Shown: positions 48,414 to 63,200, counted from the first letter of the stretch. The stretch is DNA of 64,000 bases from Bugula neritina (GCA_964035545.1 OZ037766.1:9104722-9168721), one strand, 5' to 3'. Numbers and translations are program-made. The notes: generated by a model not told the origin, from the letters alone.

Positions 48414-51400
48414 ATGGCATCTTCATCAGACACAACAATCCTTATAAGACCAGATGAAGGAGAGGATGATAATGATGCTTGTGCTTCGCAGCCTCCTAAG
48501 TATTCAGAAATAGATTTGGGCACTGCTGATGGTAAAATAAATATGGTCATAAATATTCAACTTGCTAACACACTAATATGTCATATATTAGAACTAGATT
48601 TAACACCAATTGGAATTTATAAATGTATTAATTCTAAATGGCATTTTAATAAACCAGGATAAATCATGCCGGTAACTTTGTTGATAAATCTGGGTAAATT
48701 ATGATAATATTTTGGGTTGTATTATGTTGGCTAATTTGATTCAATAATATTAGCAAGTTCAGCTATGCACAACCTCAATCTCATTGGTTAAGATATAAAG
48801 TTTATGCAAGTTGCTGACTAGCATAACTAAGGCCAGTAGACGAAAACCTTAGGCGTAAAAGGTGTTTATTTTTGAAGCATATCACCATCAGCCAGCCCAT
48901 AGCCTTGCTGTGTGAGCCTAATGGATTTTTAACGTTTATACGTGCACTATCACTCTTTACTGAAAATACAATATGAAGTCTAAAAACTAATCATATTTTC
49001 ATGGAATCAAAATAGAAAATTTTCTGTTTTTTAGAAGGATCTACCGCTGGTGTGCCAGATGTAGTTGTTCCAGATGAGCTGCCTCCGCCATACTCTGCTA
49101 ATCTCTTTGTGAATTGCAGGGTGTGCCAAGTACCCATAAATTTAGAGAGAAGGCAACACCTCGCTGTAGTTAAGTGCGGCCAGTGTAACGAGGCCACCGT
49201 GAGTATTATTCTTAGCACTTCTTTAAACTAGTTTTTTCATAAAGCATCGTAGTGTTTTTTTTTATAAAGCGTAGTAGATTTAATGAAAAATTGTATTGTC
49301 TTGCAGAGGTTCTTTATAAATTCTGTAGTTTGCATGTGGAGCCCAGTTGAAGAATTGTTTCTTTACATCTGTTACAGCCCCTAAAGCCAGCAGCACCTGG
49401 GAAGAAGTATGTTCGGTGTCCATGTAATTGCCTGCTGATCTGCAATGCAAATGCTCGCCGTACTGCCTGCCCTCGTGCAAACTGGTAACATAATTTGATT
49501 TTGAAAAACATAAATTATATAAACTCTCACCAAAACTGTTCTGTATTGTTGCAGTATGGCCTGTTTAATATTATAGTCGAAGAATGATCAGCCTCCAAGC
49601 TACGGACACCTATGGGAGGCCCGCAGTAGTTGCTACAGCACCCAGGGCTGCTGTTAGAGCTAACTGTGCACACTGCAACCAAGTTTTTGTGGTTAGTAAG
49701 CTCTATATGGTAACAAATATTTTTGTTAAGTTTGTTGTTTTATTTCTTGAATACTTTCTATAGGCATTTCAATGTTTGTGACCTATGATTAGCTTTTGTG
49801 TAAATATGTTAGACAAGTATGCTGCGGCTAGCTATTACAACATAACTGCTCAAATATTTAGTGTAAGGCTTCAAAGGTCTTTCATCATCTAATACCTTTT
49901 CCTTTTACAACTTCAAGACTTGCTGGTTGTAACCAATGTAGTATTTGTACATTTTAAAAATACATTTCACATGATGGGGAGATGGCAATGTCCAAAAAGA
50001 AAATTGCTTTACATTACATAATGCATTTATAAAAAAAACCTTTGTCCATACACACAATAGAATTTAGTTTTATTGTGTACACTGGTTTTTGCTGTGTGCC
50101 TTTAGTAATAAGAGAAAGAGAAAAATTGTGATTGCAGAAGTCCTTTAAAACTTTTTGATTATGTCTTTTTGGAAGATTCAAATTTGGAAACACCAAGCAA
50201 CCAAAGTTTTTTTTTATGTAATTGAGCAAGATCATCTCTTTGCTGCAAACACAATTTATTAACTTGGGTATCTATGTTTTTGCTGCACAAAGCACTGTCA
50301 TTTTTGGTTTATTTTATCATAAATTTAAGCTAGTTATGTTTATTGGAAAGGAGTGAAAAAATTGTTTGCTTACTTTGTTGTGTAGTGTTGAAATAAATAC
50401 AAGTAAATGTATAATCATATTAGTCAGACAAGTTGGCTCCTGACTCCACATGCGGTTCCACGAAATACTGTCAATTCTGAGTTAAGGCTTTTGTTCTTTG
50501 CAATTTCTGAATCACTGAACTTAAATTTGAGATACAGTGTTCACTCTGTATCTTACTAAGCTACTAGTCTCAAAACATCAAATCGTGACATGGTAAAATA
50601 CGAGATTCAACTCATGGATTCGTAAAATTTGCTATTTTGTCCCTATACACACATACATAAGCCGCAAAGCTAAGGTCCAAGCTCTTGGAATTTCGTGAGA
50701 ATGAGATCCATGAGATATAGAGGAAGCAGGTTACTGGTTTTGAGTGTCAACTGTTTTTTGCTACTTTTCAGTTTATGCATAGTAGCCAATGGACTCAGTT
50801 TAACTGAATGTGTGTAGTTCATTTATTTGGTTTGCTGTAGGTACTCAAGGCTACTGTGAACACTAGGCTGGCACGATGTCCTCACTGCAATAGAGTGTAA
50901 GTAGCTCAACACGAATCTCATGATAAATTCTGTTTCCAATAGATTATTCTGTTAGATAAAAGAATTTATAACACCTTATCTGTTCTTTTCATATCAGTAG
51001 TTATTCACAAATTAGATAATATCACGTGCTGATAAGATATTATTCAACTATAAAGGTTATTTTGGAGCTCATATTCAAACATCTATTGATGGTGAAGTCC
51101 TCCTCCCGTGTCTTTTACTTCTGCAGTCACAGCTTGTCCACTAAATCACTGTTACAATTTTATTGGCAGCGTATCTTGGTTACACTCTTCTCATTGTGTG
51201 ATTTATTTATAGAATTATGGTAAGCTGCCAAGTTGAGCTAAAATAGTTATATTCATTCACATAATAGAAATTTTCATCTTTTACGTTCTTCAGATTGTAG
51301 GAACACTTGTTTAAGTTTCTCCAGACACTTTATGACATTCCAAGTCTAATTTGTACAGGCAGTTGGTTACTGCTGAAAGCTTAACATAGAGTCATAGACT

Positions 51401-53132
51401 ATCTCAAACATAGGCCCAAGAAAGCAATGTTATATACTTGGTTATGTAAGGTAGCTTCTATACTAGATGCTTTAGGTTACACCAATGAAATACTGCAGGG
51501 TCCGGTAAAACTGTCACCTTTTCATTATTGGAGTTTGGGGTTGGAGGTTTGGGGTGGGGGTTTAAGTTTGGGGTGGGGGTTTGAGTTTATGGTTTGGGAA
51601 AATCTAGCACCAGTGTGCCATTTTTACCTACTTTTCTATTTATGCCATCATTATCTGCGCCATTTTTACCTAAAATCAAACACTGCAGAAGATTTGAGAT
51701 GTCATTAGTGTCATTTTAATATACTACTAACTCTTTCAGGTCTGCTGTTGGCAATGGTTACATCAAAAGGAAGGTCTTGCTCTTTGGCATTATTGGTGCC
51801 GTGTTTTTGATTTTGGGTATTTCGACAACGGTGAGTACCCACTACTGAGCTATACTTTAATTTCGTCATTTGGAAACGCAATTAACTGATAAATAGCTTC
51901 TGTTAGCAGAAGCTTGGATAGTTTTTGTTTGATATCAAACTAGAAACAAGTAATATTATATACGTTATATGTGTTGAAAATGTGAAGTTTTGCTTCTGAT
52001 TGAACTAATGGCTACCGAGTTGTAGGTTTAAGAGACTTGTTCACTATCTGCTGTGTACCATGCAATGACCAGCTGGATTTTGTAGTCATTTATATTTACA
52101 ACTAGTCCAAAGCTTTACAATATTCATGTATACCTAGACAATATTTGCATTAGTCCAGATGTCAATTCCTGGATCAGCGTATACTGATACAAACATGGAA
52201 GGTTTAGATTTAGCTAGTTGGTTTTAAAAAAAACTATATTTACCAGAAGTTTTGAATTATGTTTTAAATTGATTGTCCTTGCTTTAGATCATTAAATTCA
52301 CACTATTTTGTTTCTGAACTGTGACAATTTTTTCATCTGTAATTTATGTAGGTCGTGTCGGCTTTTACTACATCTGGATACGGTGTTTATATCATTTGGG
52401 TTGGTAAGTATATTCATATACCTTTTTCCTTGAATAAATAAATTATAAACATTTACCCTGTCCAGGCATTTCTGTGCATATAGGTTGCTAGTAATCATAG
52501 TCATGACTCTAGAAAGCATATTAGGCATTGCAGTGTAATTATATATTACAAGCATAGTTTTATTTGCTAATTATATAATGTAAAGGCTTGAATAAATGTT
52601 TTGCTACAAAATGCATGCATGTTTACGTTTAACATGTATATTTTCTAAGCAGTTTTTCATTTAAAGACCAGAATGCTGAACCAAACAAGTTGTTGTATTT
52701 GTTGCTAAAAGTAATTGCTAGGCTAATCATTCCTGCCTTATGATGAAGCTTAAAAAATTTCTATAAACTAGTTCCTATCTTCATTGAATACATCATTTAC
52801 TAGGCATTTGGTGATATTCAAGAAATATTTCTTTATCAGTTGTTTGATTTTAAATTAGCAAGAAAACGGATTTGGGAGCAACAAAATTATTAAAATGATT
52901 ATGTTGGGTTAATACCCATCTGAACGATTTTTAAAACCAGCCTGTTATAGTTTCAAAATTTGCAATAGCACATTGAATTAGGATAGACTCTGCCAGTGAA
53001 AAAAGAGCTGAGACTGTGAACTGAAATGACAATGTTTTCTGCCTTGTTTCAGGAGCGTATATAGTGGGTGGCCTAAATCTGTTGAGGGCAATGCTCTTCT
53101 GTTGTCACAAAGTCAGTCGACCAATTGAGTAA
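48414..53132 (+). CDS. PIP4P1: Phosphatidylinositol-4,5-bisphosphate 4-phosphatase (TMEM55/PIP4P family), 8 coding exons
   Basis: Exons at about 48414-48531, 49036-49198, 49378-49484, 49577-49691, 50841-50895, 51740-51830, 52352-52403 and 53053-53132. Motifs [42 protein letters not shown]5R (CNANARR) and LARCPHC, then two C-terminal TM helices ending KVSRPIE*. Co-orthologue of PIP4P1 and PIP4P2. Confidence 0.9.
51497..51677 (+). mobile_element. Copy of the GGTAAAAATGGCAC / TTTGGG element in a TMEM55 intron
   Basis: ccggtaaaactgtcac...tttggggtgggggtttaagtttggg...tttgggaaaat...gtgtgccatttttacct...gccatttttacctaaaatc. Confidence 0.75.
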
Positions 53133-54299
53133 TGAGTTTTATTTAATAACAACTGCTGCTTTTTAATCTATTATTATATAACTCTTTCTTGAATGGTTTA
53201 AATTGCTATAAATATGTATAATTGCTATTGGCAATATTTTTAACCAATAATATTTTTATTGTTTATATGGAGATGGAATTATTTTATTACTGAGTATTTT
53301 ATGAGCTTACTTCATTAATAGATTCTAATGTTTACACATATTATTTGTTAGTTTTATATGAAATATATACTTGCATCTATAATGTTGCTTTAACAAGATT
53401 TCTTATAAAATAATATAATATTACTAACTGTTTGTTGCAATTCAAATTGGTTTTTAATAAATGGGTTGTTTCTGCTTTGAAGTTTACAACAGCTATTCTT
53501 ACATATAAAACTTGTATATATGGCCACCCTGTGTATTAGGTGTTACAATTATCTGAGATATAATATTATTTGCCATGTCTTACTAAGATTTTATATTTTG
53601 ACTATAATATCTTGAGTATCACACAAATGGTTGAATGGTTGAACAAACGATTTTTGTTGTTAATTAGTTTGCTCTATAGCTTACATACAACTAACTCAGA
53701 CTAGCGTGGTACGTGAAACTGTCCCAATTTGAGCAGGTGTTAACATACAGCATTTGATTGGATTAAAACATTACATAATAGTTTACACTAGATATACATA
53801 ATATATTGCATGACAAATAGAAGAGTAACACATTGAAGGTAAAGCCAAATCTCTTGAATTTCAGGCACTCGATTGCATTCTGAAAATCTGTTCCAGTTTT
53901 AGATGCATACTTTTATAATGTGTGTATAGTGTTATATCGTAGCTTTAGATCTGATAATATTTAGTTGTCTTCTCTTGCATAGAGAGTAAAACTGTTTGTG
54001 TAAGTTGAGCTAAAGTAATAGGCAGTGTAAGATGGATGTGCAAGAGGTTATATTTAGAAGAGAGGGGGAGAGATTGTGAATTGTGAATAAATAGATAAAT
54101 TGAAAAAGTGTGAGAGTGCTTGTGAGTGCTCAGCTCAGGATTCAAAACAAATGAATACCCTAACCTGCACAGGCAAAACTGGCCCTACAAATTAAGACAG
54201 GAGCTAGAGTTGCTTCGCTGCCACCCACCCACATCCCCCCCCCCCCCCCCCGCACGCTCGCACACACGCGTACACTAATGCGCGCGAAGTTTTAATAGC

Positions 54300-54450
54300 T
54301 GTTATAGAACTACGGTATATTGGATTCATGTGAAGAGTAATAATTACTCTTCACATGAATCCAATATACCGTAGTTCTATAACAATTTAACTTCGATACA
54401 ATAATAATACAATACAATTATTGTATTGTATTATTATTGTATCGAAGTTA
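54300..54450. repeat. Two abutting perfect palindromes (42-bp and 31-bp arms, 1-nt spacers)
   Basis: 54300-54341 pairs with 54343-54384 and 54388-54418 pairs with 54420-54450; both are exact reverse complements. Confidence 0.95.
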
Positions 54451-54799
54451 TTCTGAGCCAATGAAATTGCTCGGATAAACTAATTCACCCCTTGAAATGG
54501 GGTAATAATGTTTATACGATAAGCCTCAGCTTCAAGTTATATTAAACAACTTTTTAAATCATATACGATAACCGTCAAATATACATACCTTTTATTAAAA
54601 GTATGGATCCAAGCTTAGGTTGGCGCGAAGAAGTAGCGGTTCAATGTTGATCTTGATGATTTAAAATTGTTGAGATCTCGTTTGCCTTTACTTTGGCTAG
54701 AAGTAATAACATTAACAATAACAAACACGTTGAACTAAGATCTGTAATAACATTATTTTCATGATAAGACACTCTAATTAATCAAAATCTGTAAGTTGT

Positions 54800-55920
54800 T
54801 TTAAATTCATCATTATTAAAAATAAGTGAGCTTTAGTTTGTTAGTTTTTAAAGTTAGACTCAGACTGCATTCTCATTCTCGATTCTGATTCTCCACCTGA
54901 CACACTATCACATTCAATTTCATTTTCAATCATTGAATTTTATCATTAACTTTAAGTTTAAGTTTTAATGATTAAAAATAAATGACATTCTAATTGACTT
55001 TTATTTTTAGTTTTACTGTTAAGTGTTAAGCGAATGTGAGTATTTATTATTTACAATTTCTCGTAATCATGTCAGTCTGAGTCTGAATCATGCTCATACT
55101 GATACTCATACTGTCAAACTTGCGTGAGTTTTTATATTATAATCATAATCATATTAATGATCATTACTATTACTGTATTAGTATTATTATTACCACTACG
55201 ATTACCTTTGAAGTTTGAAAATATCGAACACTTGGGAACACTCAAACTTATAGTTATAAAGTGCCTCAATTGGTATAAAGTGTGGCGTTCATTTGACTAC
55301 AGTCTGAGTCTACAGGTTAACTAAGTCATTAAGTGAAAATTATGTTTATTATTTTTTATATGTGCTCCCTGTGGTGTTTCTAATGGTTCTACTTCTTGGT
55401 AATAATTAGAAACTACCATGATACACTAGTGACTAGTGAGTGTATGTATGTAGAAGACAGCTAGATCTAGTGGGTATTATCATAATTTAGTGATATTTTG
55501 TGATTTCATCATGCACCATTGCCGGTATTTAGTGTTTTTCTTCCTGCGGGATTTTCATGATAAGATTTAGTCAATGAGTCCTGTGTAATAATTTAAAAAG
55601 GCTGAATACCAAGCTGAAAACATGCCTTGGTTATACTTTCAATTACCATCATGATGATCAATATAAATGTCATTGTTATTGCTAGACTATTAGCATTTAT
55701 ATTATTATTGGAGTATTACTATTAGTAATAATTTTACTATTCGTATTGAATTTATCATTACACTTAGTATTACTTACACAGCTTCAGTTCGTCTTACACT
55801 TAAAGCTAAGGCCTAAGACTAATCTTATATTATTACTAATACTTGTCTATTCTATTGTAATTTTGATAGCAATGATCAGTATGGAGTTGTATATGGTGTC
55901 TCTTTTATTCTGTATGAATA
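54800..55920. repeat. Periodic tract in the CENP-C 5'-most intron
   Basis: Begins right after the donor GTAAGT at 54791: attctc-attctc-gattct, atactg-atactc-atactg, atcata-atcata, attact-attact-gtatt-agtatt. Confidence 0.75.
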
Positions 55921-57298
55921 TCAATATTGCTATGCATTTACCTAAGTCTGCTCTTCACTCACAATGAATAATCAATAACTGAAAGAGCAACCTAGTAGAA
56001 AACTAAACTCAGCATCCAATGGGGTTGTTTATAGCTCTAATTTTCTAGTAGGGATCTAAAGTGTACTGCTGACACAGAGGTAAACTGAACTAATTGACAT
56101 ACTATTGTATATGTGTGGTTCTATCATAATTTGAAATTTTATTATTACTCTGTAGGTATTGTTAATAAATAATTGCTTTAAAACATAAGTTTTAAGGATA
56201 ATGAGTGTAAGGGTCACAAGTTTGTGGTGGTTAGTTAGTGTTTTATAAAAAAACTAATACTAATAATGTATTGATTATTTTTGATTGATTTTGTTGATTT
56301 GAATGTGTGTGCATGCACGCGTGCGCGGTCGCGTATAGACTATAGACACTACTAGCATAATATGTTTAAAACTGCCAACACATTTTCCGCCTAAACTAGA
56401 GGAGCTTTTTTGAACAATAAACTATATTTATTTATTTTAGATTGAATTTTATAGTGTTTGAAAGACATCTCTGTAAATAAAACTTGTACCCAGGGCAGAT
56501 TTTACTAAAAGGGCTGTTTAATTTACTTTTCAACTTCACACAACTTGATAATTTAGAAAGTTTATTATTGAAGTTCCTTGATAATGTAATAAGTTGTGTA
56601 GTGTAATATTGTATTGCTACACTTACATTGTCATACCGTTCTGTTCAACTATTTTTATAGTGGATTTATTTGCCTTCAACATTAAAAGATGACTATTTAT
56701 GCAGTGTTGATACTAATGTATTGGTAACTAATGGATTAGTAAGTAACTTTGATTACTGTTTTTTTTTTGTAGCCAATAGCCGGTGTAACATGTAAAGTGA
56801 AAAAAGCCAATAAAACAGTGTTGCCGTAAAGCAAGGTTATAAAAAAGGTGATTTATACAGTTATTTTAGTGATTTGGTTTGTTAAATTGTTGTATCTATA
56901 GAGTTATCTCTCCCTAAAATGGAGAACTAACTTTAATGTTTTAATCATTTCGAATCTAAAATATTTTGCTTGTGGTTACTTTCAAAATGTTTTATTATAC
57001 TTAACCATAATCAATATATTAAATATTGTAAGGTGAACACCAATTTAATTTTCAATATGTAACCTAATCCATCAAGTATTAACAGTTTGTGAATTTGACC
57101 TTTCTTCAGCCTTTGCCTCATAAAGTTGTAATTATGCATATAAGCTTGCTGTGAAATTAAAAGCAAATTTATTTATTTGTGCTGTAATCTAATTTTCGCA
57201 CTGTGTCATGCACTTGAGCCCTGCCATAATATCGACCTGCCATTTATGCATTTGCTTAGTATTTTCCTTTAAATATGTATGTCTTTTTCTAGAACATT

Positions 57299-60200
57299 AT
57301 GAATCTTTATGTGTTGGAGAAATTTGAGAGAGTGGGCAATGTCAGGGCTATGTTTCCAGATGATGATTTCTCGGAGCTCTCAGGTGGGTTATTTTACATG
57401 TACTTGTTGATTCGTGGCCGCTTGTTTTCAAGCTCCACACTGCTAAATTATGTCGAAGAATATTTAGGAAACTTTTTTCACGTGGTTGAGCTTACTAAAC
57501 ATTGTCAGATTTTGCGAAAATTAATAGAGTTTTTGAGTAACTTTGCTTTTGTGACGTAGTATCATAAATGTATATTATATGCTTATCTTTACTTTCTTTT
57601 GCAGATTTGGGGCAGAGTGTTAGGATTTCATATAAAAGTGAAACTAGCAGTAGGTAGGTTTTAGGTTTTTTCTGTATACGTTGCGTAATATGCTTATAAC
57701 TTCTGGTAACATGTGACTCATCATCACCATACTCTTTGAAATTGGTTCAAATTCAACTTGAAAATGTTGTTTGATTATTGAGTAGAATTTGTCTTGTTAT
57801 TTAGCTGTTGGCAGTTCCATGGTCATTTTTTCGGTGTATTTTGATGCTATAACTAAGGTTCTGTACTTGATGTTATTTATTCCATTACATTTATATTTAT
57901 TGCATTTTATTTATATATATAATTAGACCTTCTTCTGATGGAAGCATGGTTACAGATGAGCTGACGTGGAAACCGGTCGCCCCTGTTGCTTCACCTCAGT
58001 CCAGTTTTATCACCAGCACCAAGATTGGTAAAGCAATATTGAAAGACATAACACTTCGAGCAAATGCTTTTAATGTAGACTCCACTTCTCAATTATATGA
58101 TGACTCATCACCACACGTAGAGAAAATAGTGAGACACTCTAATAAACTACCCAATTCTGAAAAAGTAGTTCCAATGAAAGCTGAAAATGTACAATATAAT
58201 ACATCAAATACTCTATCATCTGGTGAGGATACGGGAAACAGGTTTGTCACTTATTCAGTTGAGGAGGCTGAAGTATCATCAACAATGTCCGTGGACCCGT
58301 CAGTTTCTAAATTTGCAAAACTTACAGAGGAAGCTTCTGCTAGAACTGGTGAAGATGGTTCCTCTGTGTCTGGGTCAGAAAGAAGGTCTGATCTTGTGTT
58401 GAATGACCTCCCAACGGCGAGTAGTCTCGGCTCCTCACTACCTTCAGATAGTTCTATGCAATTTAATCAAAATCCCGGGACTCAAGAAAGTGTCGATATA
58501 CCCACAAGCTCACAGGAAATGGAGATAATCCCAGACATCAGCACGCGCTCAGCAAAAAATGTAACTTATAATATAACTAATGTCGGAGCCCGAACGTTCA
58601 ATGTCGACCAGCCATCCTATAATTTTGAAGGAAGATCCGCAGCAAGCAATTCCTCTTCAGGTACTTCTCAAGGTAAGTAAATACTTTATATATTTCAGTC
58701 TAACTTTCTGAGCTATTAGAAAGTGTCACTTACTTGTCATATTAGTATTATATCATCATACGAGTGTCACCAATTAATTTTCAATCATCGAACTAATAGC
58801 CAATTTTCTAGGCAAATGAAAGTTTGAATTTGATGAACTTGTTAACTTTTATTGAGAGTGTAACTATGGATTGGTTGAATATATCAACAGTTTTGCATTT
58901 ATAGTTATGTTACAGAAATAAGTCTTTAATATTCAGATTTTAAGTGAAAGGAACTTAAGTAATAATTTTTTTTAATAATAAGAACTTATATATAGTACTT
59001 AAGTACTTGTTCATTCTGTCACAGTTGTGTTAATCTTTAAAAATCCAACTTTTAGGTTTCTGTGAGTAATTTTTACTCAATTTTATTTTTAACAACTTTT
59101 AGCTGACGATGCTCTTGCGAATGAGTATCTCGGAGATGTTTCCAGGTCTGCCAAATCTCTCACCAGGTAACTGGTTAATTTAATTTCATCTTTAAATAAT
59201 TCCAGTGAAATTTGCTAAAGTTTAAATAAACAATTATCAATTCAACTATTTGTTTTTAGTTTTAGTGATGTCCATGTTCTTAATTTAAAAAAAGAGGAGA
59301 TATCACCAAATGGCACTGCTGTTATCTCCAACAACACCATATCCAGCGTTGCTCCAAATTCAGGTATTTCCCAAAATTTGCACTCAATTAATAATATATG
59401 TGGATTAATTGTTCTCATACAAAAACCTTGTATTCCACTCGATTCTCTCCTAATAATATCACCAGCTAAATTCGGATGGTCATTGTTGAATTTACCAGGT
59501 TTTAAATATCTTCATTTTAAGTCTTAAGCCAGAGCCCATCGCAAGGGGACACAATTATCGCTGGTGTAGAAGATGCCCATCGGCTCGATGACTCTCGCCC
59601 TCATAGGAGAAGTCAGAGACTGCGGCACAGGGTTACACTAAACCCACAGCAAGCTACTAAGACCTCTAACAGTGCAAGGAGCTCTTCGGGCTCAAAGATA
59701 GAAGGCTCTAAAAGGTATATATTGTTGCATGTATATTGCGAACTACAATTCTTCTCAGTTCAATCTGCCAGTAATTGTTCTTTTTATGCTTGTTTTGTTA
59801 TTGTGAACATCATTACTCGATTTTTGAGATTATAGCAACCTGAGTGTGTGTGATGAATGCATAGATAAGAATGTTTATTTCACACTGGTGGGTATTAAAC
59901 TTCTGATTGGTATGATGTCCATTTGTTGCTACTGGAGAATATCAACTAAGTCTTTGAAAGCTGTTGTACCGGTCAAGTTGATGTAAATATGTTCCAATAC
60001 AGTTTAGCAGAAATTTAAACATCAAAAGCAGCTGATAGCATTTTTGCTGTTATTGAAACAAGCTGTAGGTTACATATCACATTTTTATTGCTAATGGTGA
60101 GTTCATAAATAAATGCTGATGCCCTTAATTGTGTTTTTCAGGACAATAACAAGGAAAGCAAAAAGTAGGTATTCTGTATATGATGCTTCGCTACCGTCAC

Positions 60201-63200
60201 CCACAACCTCTCCTTGTCATTTCAATGAGATCACTGATAATGCCCAAACACCCAAGCCCACCCGAACGAAGACTGGTTTGAGAGGGCAAAAGATACATGT
60301 TTATCAGTCACCGAAATTGAGTGAGTTGGAGCATAGCTGCTTATTGTTCATATATGATACATGTATGTGTGTACCATATTTTTAAGATTATTATTTTTGA
60401 ATTCTTGTTTTATATTCTTACTGAAATTCTATTTTTTTAATATTGCATCATTTTTGTTGATGCTATTAGTGGGCTGGGGTTTAAATTTTGTTACATTGAA
60501 TATTATTTTCTAGATATCATGTTCATTTGTGTTTTAGTACTGCCAAGGTTATCACCCAGCACTGAAGGTTTACGGCGAAGCAAAAGGACAAAGTTGCCTC
60601 TTTTAAGACACTATGCTGGAGAAAGGCCAATATACGAATTGGATAAAGAAACTAGTAAATTATTCAGTGTTATAATTAAACTTTGAACGAGCTTTGCTCT
60701 GATTGGTTATTTTCTAACTTATCTTAATATATATCTATATCTAGCCAGGGTTTCCTGCCTACATAGTAATATGTAATGTACACGTTCTGTGATAAGAGTA
60801 AATGAATGCAAATATAAACAAACATAATTTTTTCTGATTTTAGTCTAGTTATGTTATAAGCATTAGATAACTTCTTTTTGAGATAGCGGTGAGAGCTTTG
60901 TAAAAAATTTAGCTTAACTAGAATTTTTTTTTAATTGATAAACATTACTAGCTCCTTAACAATTCAATTGAAATTTAATAAAAATATACATTATAATATA
61001 TCAACATTAAATTACCAGTTCTAAATAAAAATCTTTGTAGGCTAATAACTTACTACGAGTATTTTAGCCAAATAACAAAAAACTAAATTATAAATTAATT
61101 TATAATTATTGATAGGATATGACGAGTATGAATGTTACAGCTCCTCTTGTACAATATACTTGTACAGCTCTTACTCATCCTAGTATGTTTAACTGGCATA
61201 GCATCCTTGATTTTCTAGGGACTCGGTACATCACTGGAGTGCAGAGGTCATCTCCATCAAAGGACTTCGAATTAGAGTGGATAAGTAAAAGTAAGCACTT
61301 GTAATGTCTTTTCAACTCTAATTAAAGTTCTCAAAATGTTATTGTTGGTAAGTTTCAGGCTCAAGAATAATCTTGTATTTTCTTATTAAAGAACAAATAG
61401 AGAAAAAAAAGAAAAATAAGCGTTCTAAGTCTCGAAAAGCAAAAGATAGCTCCCTTCATTTGGAAGATGTGGGCAGTGATGTCTCTTTGTCAGATAACGA
61501 AATCTCCGTGTATGATGCCAAACAACAAACATACGTCAAGAAAGGTATAAGTCTATAGCTGTATCTACTATCCAGTAATCTGTACTCTAGGCTGGTCGAA
61601 GAAATTAATGTTGCTTTAAAAAAGTTAGTTCTGTATATGCAGACTTTGTTCTAGTTATTAATATGTAGTTTTAGAATCTGTAGCAGCTGTCTCAATAGCA
61701 GGGTGCACATCTTTTTTTTAGTTATGATATTTATTCTGCTGTTGAGTAATAATAATCTGTTTTAGAACTAGAAAGTAGAATGCAGTTTATTTGCGCTAAA
61801 AATAGAAGTCTGTGCTGAACAATGATGGCGTTCTAGAATTCTGACTGTAATGTTTAGCTGGTTGTACATAATGACACTAGTTTGTATGGTTAGAAAACCA
61901 GAAACTTGCTAAATCTGTTGTGTGTTGGAAAATTATTATGACTAAAGTTATGTGTTATAGATGAATTATATGAGTTGAAATAACATCCCCTTGATACCTT
62001 TTGGGCAGTTTGGTCTTACTGAATAACGTCATGTGATTTTGGGATGGTTGGTAAAATCATTAAGTTTTGAGCTTTCCAATGATGCAGTATATTTCTATAT
62101 GGCAGAAGACCTTCAATGTATAATGGCTAGTTGCATTGATATTGCACAGCTTAGCCTACAGGCTTAATAAAAAAGAAAATTTTAAATTTAGCTATTAGCA
62201 ATCTTTTTCTGTGATTCATTAATACAAATTTGTATGATATATTTCAATTCTCTAGAAATTTGTTCATACTTGACTTGTGAATAGCAGCACTCACTGTACG
62301 CTGCCTGCTGTTTTGTACCTACTATAAAGGAGCTATGGTCTACATTTGACTTTCCTGCAGGCCATGAAAAATATTCACAATTTCTAGCAGGTATTTTTTT
62401 AATTTCTAAGCTGCAAATGTAACCCTTAAGATCACAACTATTTGTTTTTTATTTCAGTTGTTAATTGTAAAAGCAAAGACTCTACAGAATATGATTGCCG
62501 CGGTAATGTGGCAGACTCATCAACAAATGTAAGATTAGTTCAACATTGCGAGTTTGACACTGTGCGATGTGGGGAAATCATTTTGGATGCTTTTTCAGAA
62601 AAATCTAATTCTGTTGTTCGAGGATACACTGCGGTAAGCTCAAAAGACTATTGCAAATGCTATTTGAGAGTAATGGTTGTAGATTGTGAACTGCTACAAA
62701 TTTTTGTTGCACGGTATTATATTTTTGTTTAATTATTTTCCTATTATAAATGGATGGTGATCCATGCAGAAGTCAGTAAGGGTTTATGAAGAAGTGTAAT
62801 GATTGTTGAACAATGATAAATTTGAAAATGAACTTTAACTTTTAACTGTTCTATGAAGTATTTATTGGCACTAATAAAATATATGTAAAAGTTGTTGTTT
62901 CTGATGAATTTATTAAAGTTGTGCAATACAGTTCAAATCACATGAATGTGTGATGTTGAGTTAATAGCTGGTCATTATATGATGTTTATGCTTGACAAAC
63001 TAACTAGGGTTGCCTTCTTTTGCCACCTATCTTGTTTATGAGACCCTGAGATTTGACTATTTCAGACTTTCTGTGTACTGGAGGGGGCAGTTTTGCTCAC
63101 AATAAACAGCAATAATAAGAAGCTGATAACCAATCATGACAGCTTTATTGTTCCAGAAGGTTGGTACTCTGTCATATTAAGCCTAAAGTTGTGCCATGTT

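Noticed and set aside
54603-56830. Alternative upstream coding starts for CENP-C
   Set aside because: The ATG at 54603 closes after 15 codons, and candidate exons at about 56661-56825 could not be joined in frame to 57293. Treated as an unresolved 5' leader.
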